The notes under the pieces are model-generated. The model saw only the letters and a list, made by a program, of their open reading frames with translations. It ran no database searches and was not told where the DNA came from. 64,000 nucleotides of DNA, taken from positions 64,001 to 128,000 of the forward strand of contig CAWDOY010000047.1 in assembly GCA_963803975.1 (NCBI GenBank), in the 5' to 3' direction. This DNA is from an uncultured delta proteobacterium. Lineage in GTDB: Bacteria > Desulfobacterota > WTBG01 > CAIYCZ01. Of this stretch, positions 61,785 through 64,000 are shown one piece after another. The position numbers and the translations under genes are program-made. Each line of letters opens with the position of its first letter. Within the stretch, counting starts at the first letter, position 1.

Positions 61785-63893
61785 CTATGAGATCGTTTTC
61801 TGCCCGGGGCCGTCCACCTGCAGGGATTTCCCGTCCATGTGGGAAGGAACCGGAACCCCGAACATTTCAAGTATGGTCGGCCCGATGTCCATGAGCCGCG
61901 GGTGCTCGTCATGAATCATGCGATTGCTGAACAGAATGCCCGGAACCAGTGATTGATCAATGCAGTGATCGCCGCTCCAGGCTTTTACATTATCGTGAAC
62001 GACCCGGCCGGTTACTTCTCCAATGGCAGTTTCCCATGCCGCCCGGTAACCCGCATTATATCCGACGAGAAGGTCCGGAGCATCCTGTTTGTAGGGGCCC
62101 TGATAAATCTTCATGGCATTATAGACCCTCTTTATTACCGGCTGTCCGTGCAGGGGATCAATAAAACCTTGAAGCTTTTCGGCAAGTTCCTCCCGGAGCT
62201 GCACTGCTTCTGCCCCGGAATCTACCATCCCCTGCGCTTCTCTGCCCTTAAGGTTTAGATAGATGCCGGAAAGGCCGATGGCAAAGGCTCTGGTCTTTGA
62301 CCAGTCAACACCTGCCAGATTTTTCCTGCCGCGCCCATTCTCAGTGAGCGACAGATAGCCGTTTTCCTCAAGCCACCGGTTTAAGTCTATGCCGTAGCGA
62401 AAGGAGTTAAACCCGTGATCGGAAATCACCATCAGCAGCGTGTTGCGGTCACGGCATTTTTTCATCGTCTCTCCGAGTATTCTGTCAGCATTCCGGTAAA
62501 TCTTTTCAATTTCCGGTTCTGCTGCCGGCTGATAGCTGCCCCGGTGCGCGGGATGTTCGGGGTCAAGCTGGCGCCAGAAAGAGTGCTGTACGCGGTCAGT
62601 GCCGTCAAACACACACACGCACAGTCCCCGGCCGATATTGTCAAGGGCATCAAAGAACATGCTCACCCGCTCCCGGTCGGTCTGCAGGCACTGCTCAATA
62701 AACTGCTCATCACTGATGCGCTGTTCATTCAGCGCCCAGCTGTCCTCAGCCAGGCCCAGGGTTGCATACCGGCCCTGACGCTTGGCCAGGTACGTTGCAT
62801 AGACCTGCGGATGGCTGATGGGCATTACCGGTTTATCCGGGTCAATGTTTATCGGCGTCACATAGAGCTTGAAATCCGGCTCAGCTGCTATCAGCAGAAA
62901 CCTGCAGATGCCCCGCACCTTCATCCCCAGAGAGGCCTTGAAGGTAACCGGTATCCAGTCAGAGTATTGTCCTGCGATGAGGGCACAGGTTGCGCCATTG
63001 AGATGCAGCACCGCGCTCGTAGCATCCTGAATGGTTATTTCAAAAGGGCATTTCAGGACAACGCGTGCTTTAAGCATGGGATCGTGCGGCCCTGACAGCT
63101 CTGCTTTGATACGGTTGCCGGTTCTCTCTACCTGATGTACTTCCCCGCCGGTATTCTCGCCCGCGCCGGCAGCGCTGGTCGTGTAAAAGGAAAATATTCC
63201 CTGGGATCCGCGCAGATCCGGGGTGCACATTGCCGCAAGCTGCAGGCCGTAAAATTGTTCCGGCGGAAAGGTAATGGGAACGCGGATTATGTTGCTGAAG
63301 ATGCCATGCTCGCCGAGCGTCTTCCAGAAGGGAACACCTTTTCTCAGCAGACGGATATCACCGCGCCCGAGAGGAATCTGATAGCGTCCCACTGACAGGG
63401 TGCGCAGCGGCCCCTTAATATCGGTAGAGCTCAGCTTGGGGGCATACGTTTTACGATCGCGCGTGAGAAAGTCAAAGATATTATGTTTGCCCGGATTTAC
63501 CCCGGTCTGAAATGAAGACCAGGCAACCGGTGAAATGGGGGGAATAGTGGACAGCAGCGGTTTAAAGCAGCCCTGTTCCTGCAGCTTTGCAAAATTGGGC
63601 AATTTACCCTCATCCAGCAGTTGCGTGGTCAGCGTATAGTCCATGCCGTCAAATCCAATAACAATTGCTTTTTTGATGCGGCTGCGGGCATACACTCTGC
63701 GGAACCGGATACTGCGCACGATCGTCCGGATCGGCCAGGTCACCAGTATTATAAGCGCAGAGACCAGTGCGGTAAATAAAACTAAAAATGAGCCGCCAAC
63801 CGCAAAACCGGCACCCGGACCAATATAGGCGCTTGCAGAACCGGGAAGCAGTGCACTTAATAGTACTGCAAGAGCGACCAGCAAATATTTCAT
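61785..63893 (-). CDS. Alkaline phosphatase-superfamily (type I phosphodiesterase/NPP) protein, membrane anchored
   Basis: Signal + AYIGPG + TM; IGFDGMD, PPISPVAW, SDHGF, WSGDH; paralog of the downstream gene. Confidence 0.85.
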   Translation of the reverse strand: MKYLLVALAVLLSALLPGSASAYIGPGAGFAVGGSFLVLFTALVSALIILVTWPIRTIVRSIRFRRVYARSRIKKAIVIGFDGMDYTLTTQLLDEGKLPNFAKLQEQGCFKPLLSTIPPISPVAWSSFQTGVNPGKHNIFDFLTRDRKTYAPKLSSTDIKGPLRTLSVGRYQIPLGRGDIRLLRKGVPFWKTLGEHGIFSNIIRVPITFPPEQFYGLQLAAMCTPDLRGSQGIFSFYTTSAAGAGENTGGEVHQVERTGNRIKAELSGPHDPMLKARVVLKCPFEITIQDATSAVLHLNGATCALIAGQYSDWIPVTFKASLGMKVRGICRFLLIAAEPDFKLYVTPINIDPDKPVMPISHPQVYATYLAKRQGRYATLGLAEDSWALNEQRISDEQFIEQCLQTDRERVSMFFDALDNIGRGLCVCVFDGTDRVQHSFWRQLDPEHPAHRGSYQPAAEPEIEKIYRNADRILGETMKKCRDRNTLLMVISDHGFNSFRYGIDLNRWLEENGYLSLTENGRGRKNLAGVDWSKTRAFAIGLSGIYLNLKGREAQGMVDSGAEAVQLREELAEKLQGFIDPLHGQPVIKRVYNAMKIYQGPYKQDAPDLLVGYNAGYRAAWETAIGEVTGRVVHDNVKAWSGDHCIDQSLVPGILFSNRMIHDEHPRLMDIGPTILEMFGVPVPSHMDGKSLQVDGPGQKTIS

Positions 63894-64000
63894 GCGTAAG
63901 CCAACATAATTATAACTGTTTACAAAACTCTCTTATCAATAATCTTTCCGGATTGCTGCAGGTTCTCTTCGAGTGTTTTCCGCTCCACCAGCTTTACCTC

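Overview
This is a 64-kb chromosomal segment from an anaerobic deltaproteobacterium (Desulfobacterota/syntroph-like, inferred from gene content). 1-14.3 kb is a housekeeping run: xerC-hslVU-argBDFGH-FN3 lipoprotein-lysA-dapF-dapA-PPIase. 14.6-28.7 kb holds mixed metabolic genes, tRNA-Met, an aldehyde:ferredoxin oxidoreductase, and a divergent GT1 glycosyltransferase / BAHD-like acyltransferase pair. 28.9-40.3 kb is a minus-strand block: acs, sensor kinase, NtrC-type regulator, a non-coding gap, etfBA, a membrane Fe-S oxidoreductase and a heptaheme cytochrome. 40.9-48 kb holds a RavA/ViaA-like pair, malic enzyme and a cytochrome c/NrfC/NrfD module. After tRNA-Pro (48.4 kb) lies an AT-richer accessory island with a tandem array of secreted proteins sharing one C-terminal domain. 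The window ends with paaK-ACT and a phosphodiesterase x2/RHH/membrane protein/sulfotransferase operon. Best novel candidates: (1) a sigma54-driven tandem pair of structured RNAs with compensatory base changes just downstream of the two-component system, sharing a palindromic upstream motif with the acs promoter; (2) the cassette-like secreted-protein array with orphan C-terminal tails behind a duplicated promoter. Several conserved genes are split by single extra bases in short runs, most likely sequencing/assembly errors, so pseudogene calls here are unreliable. All assignments come from motif recognition; no database searches were run.
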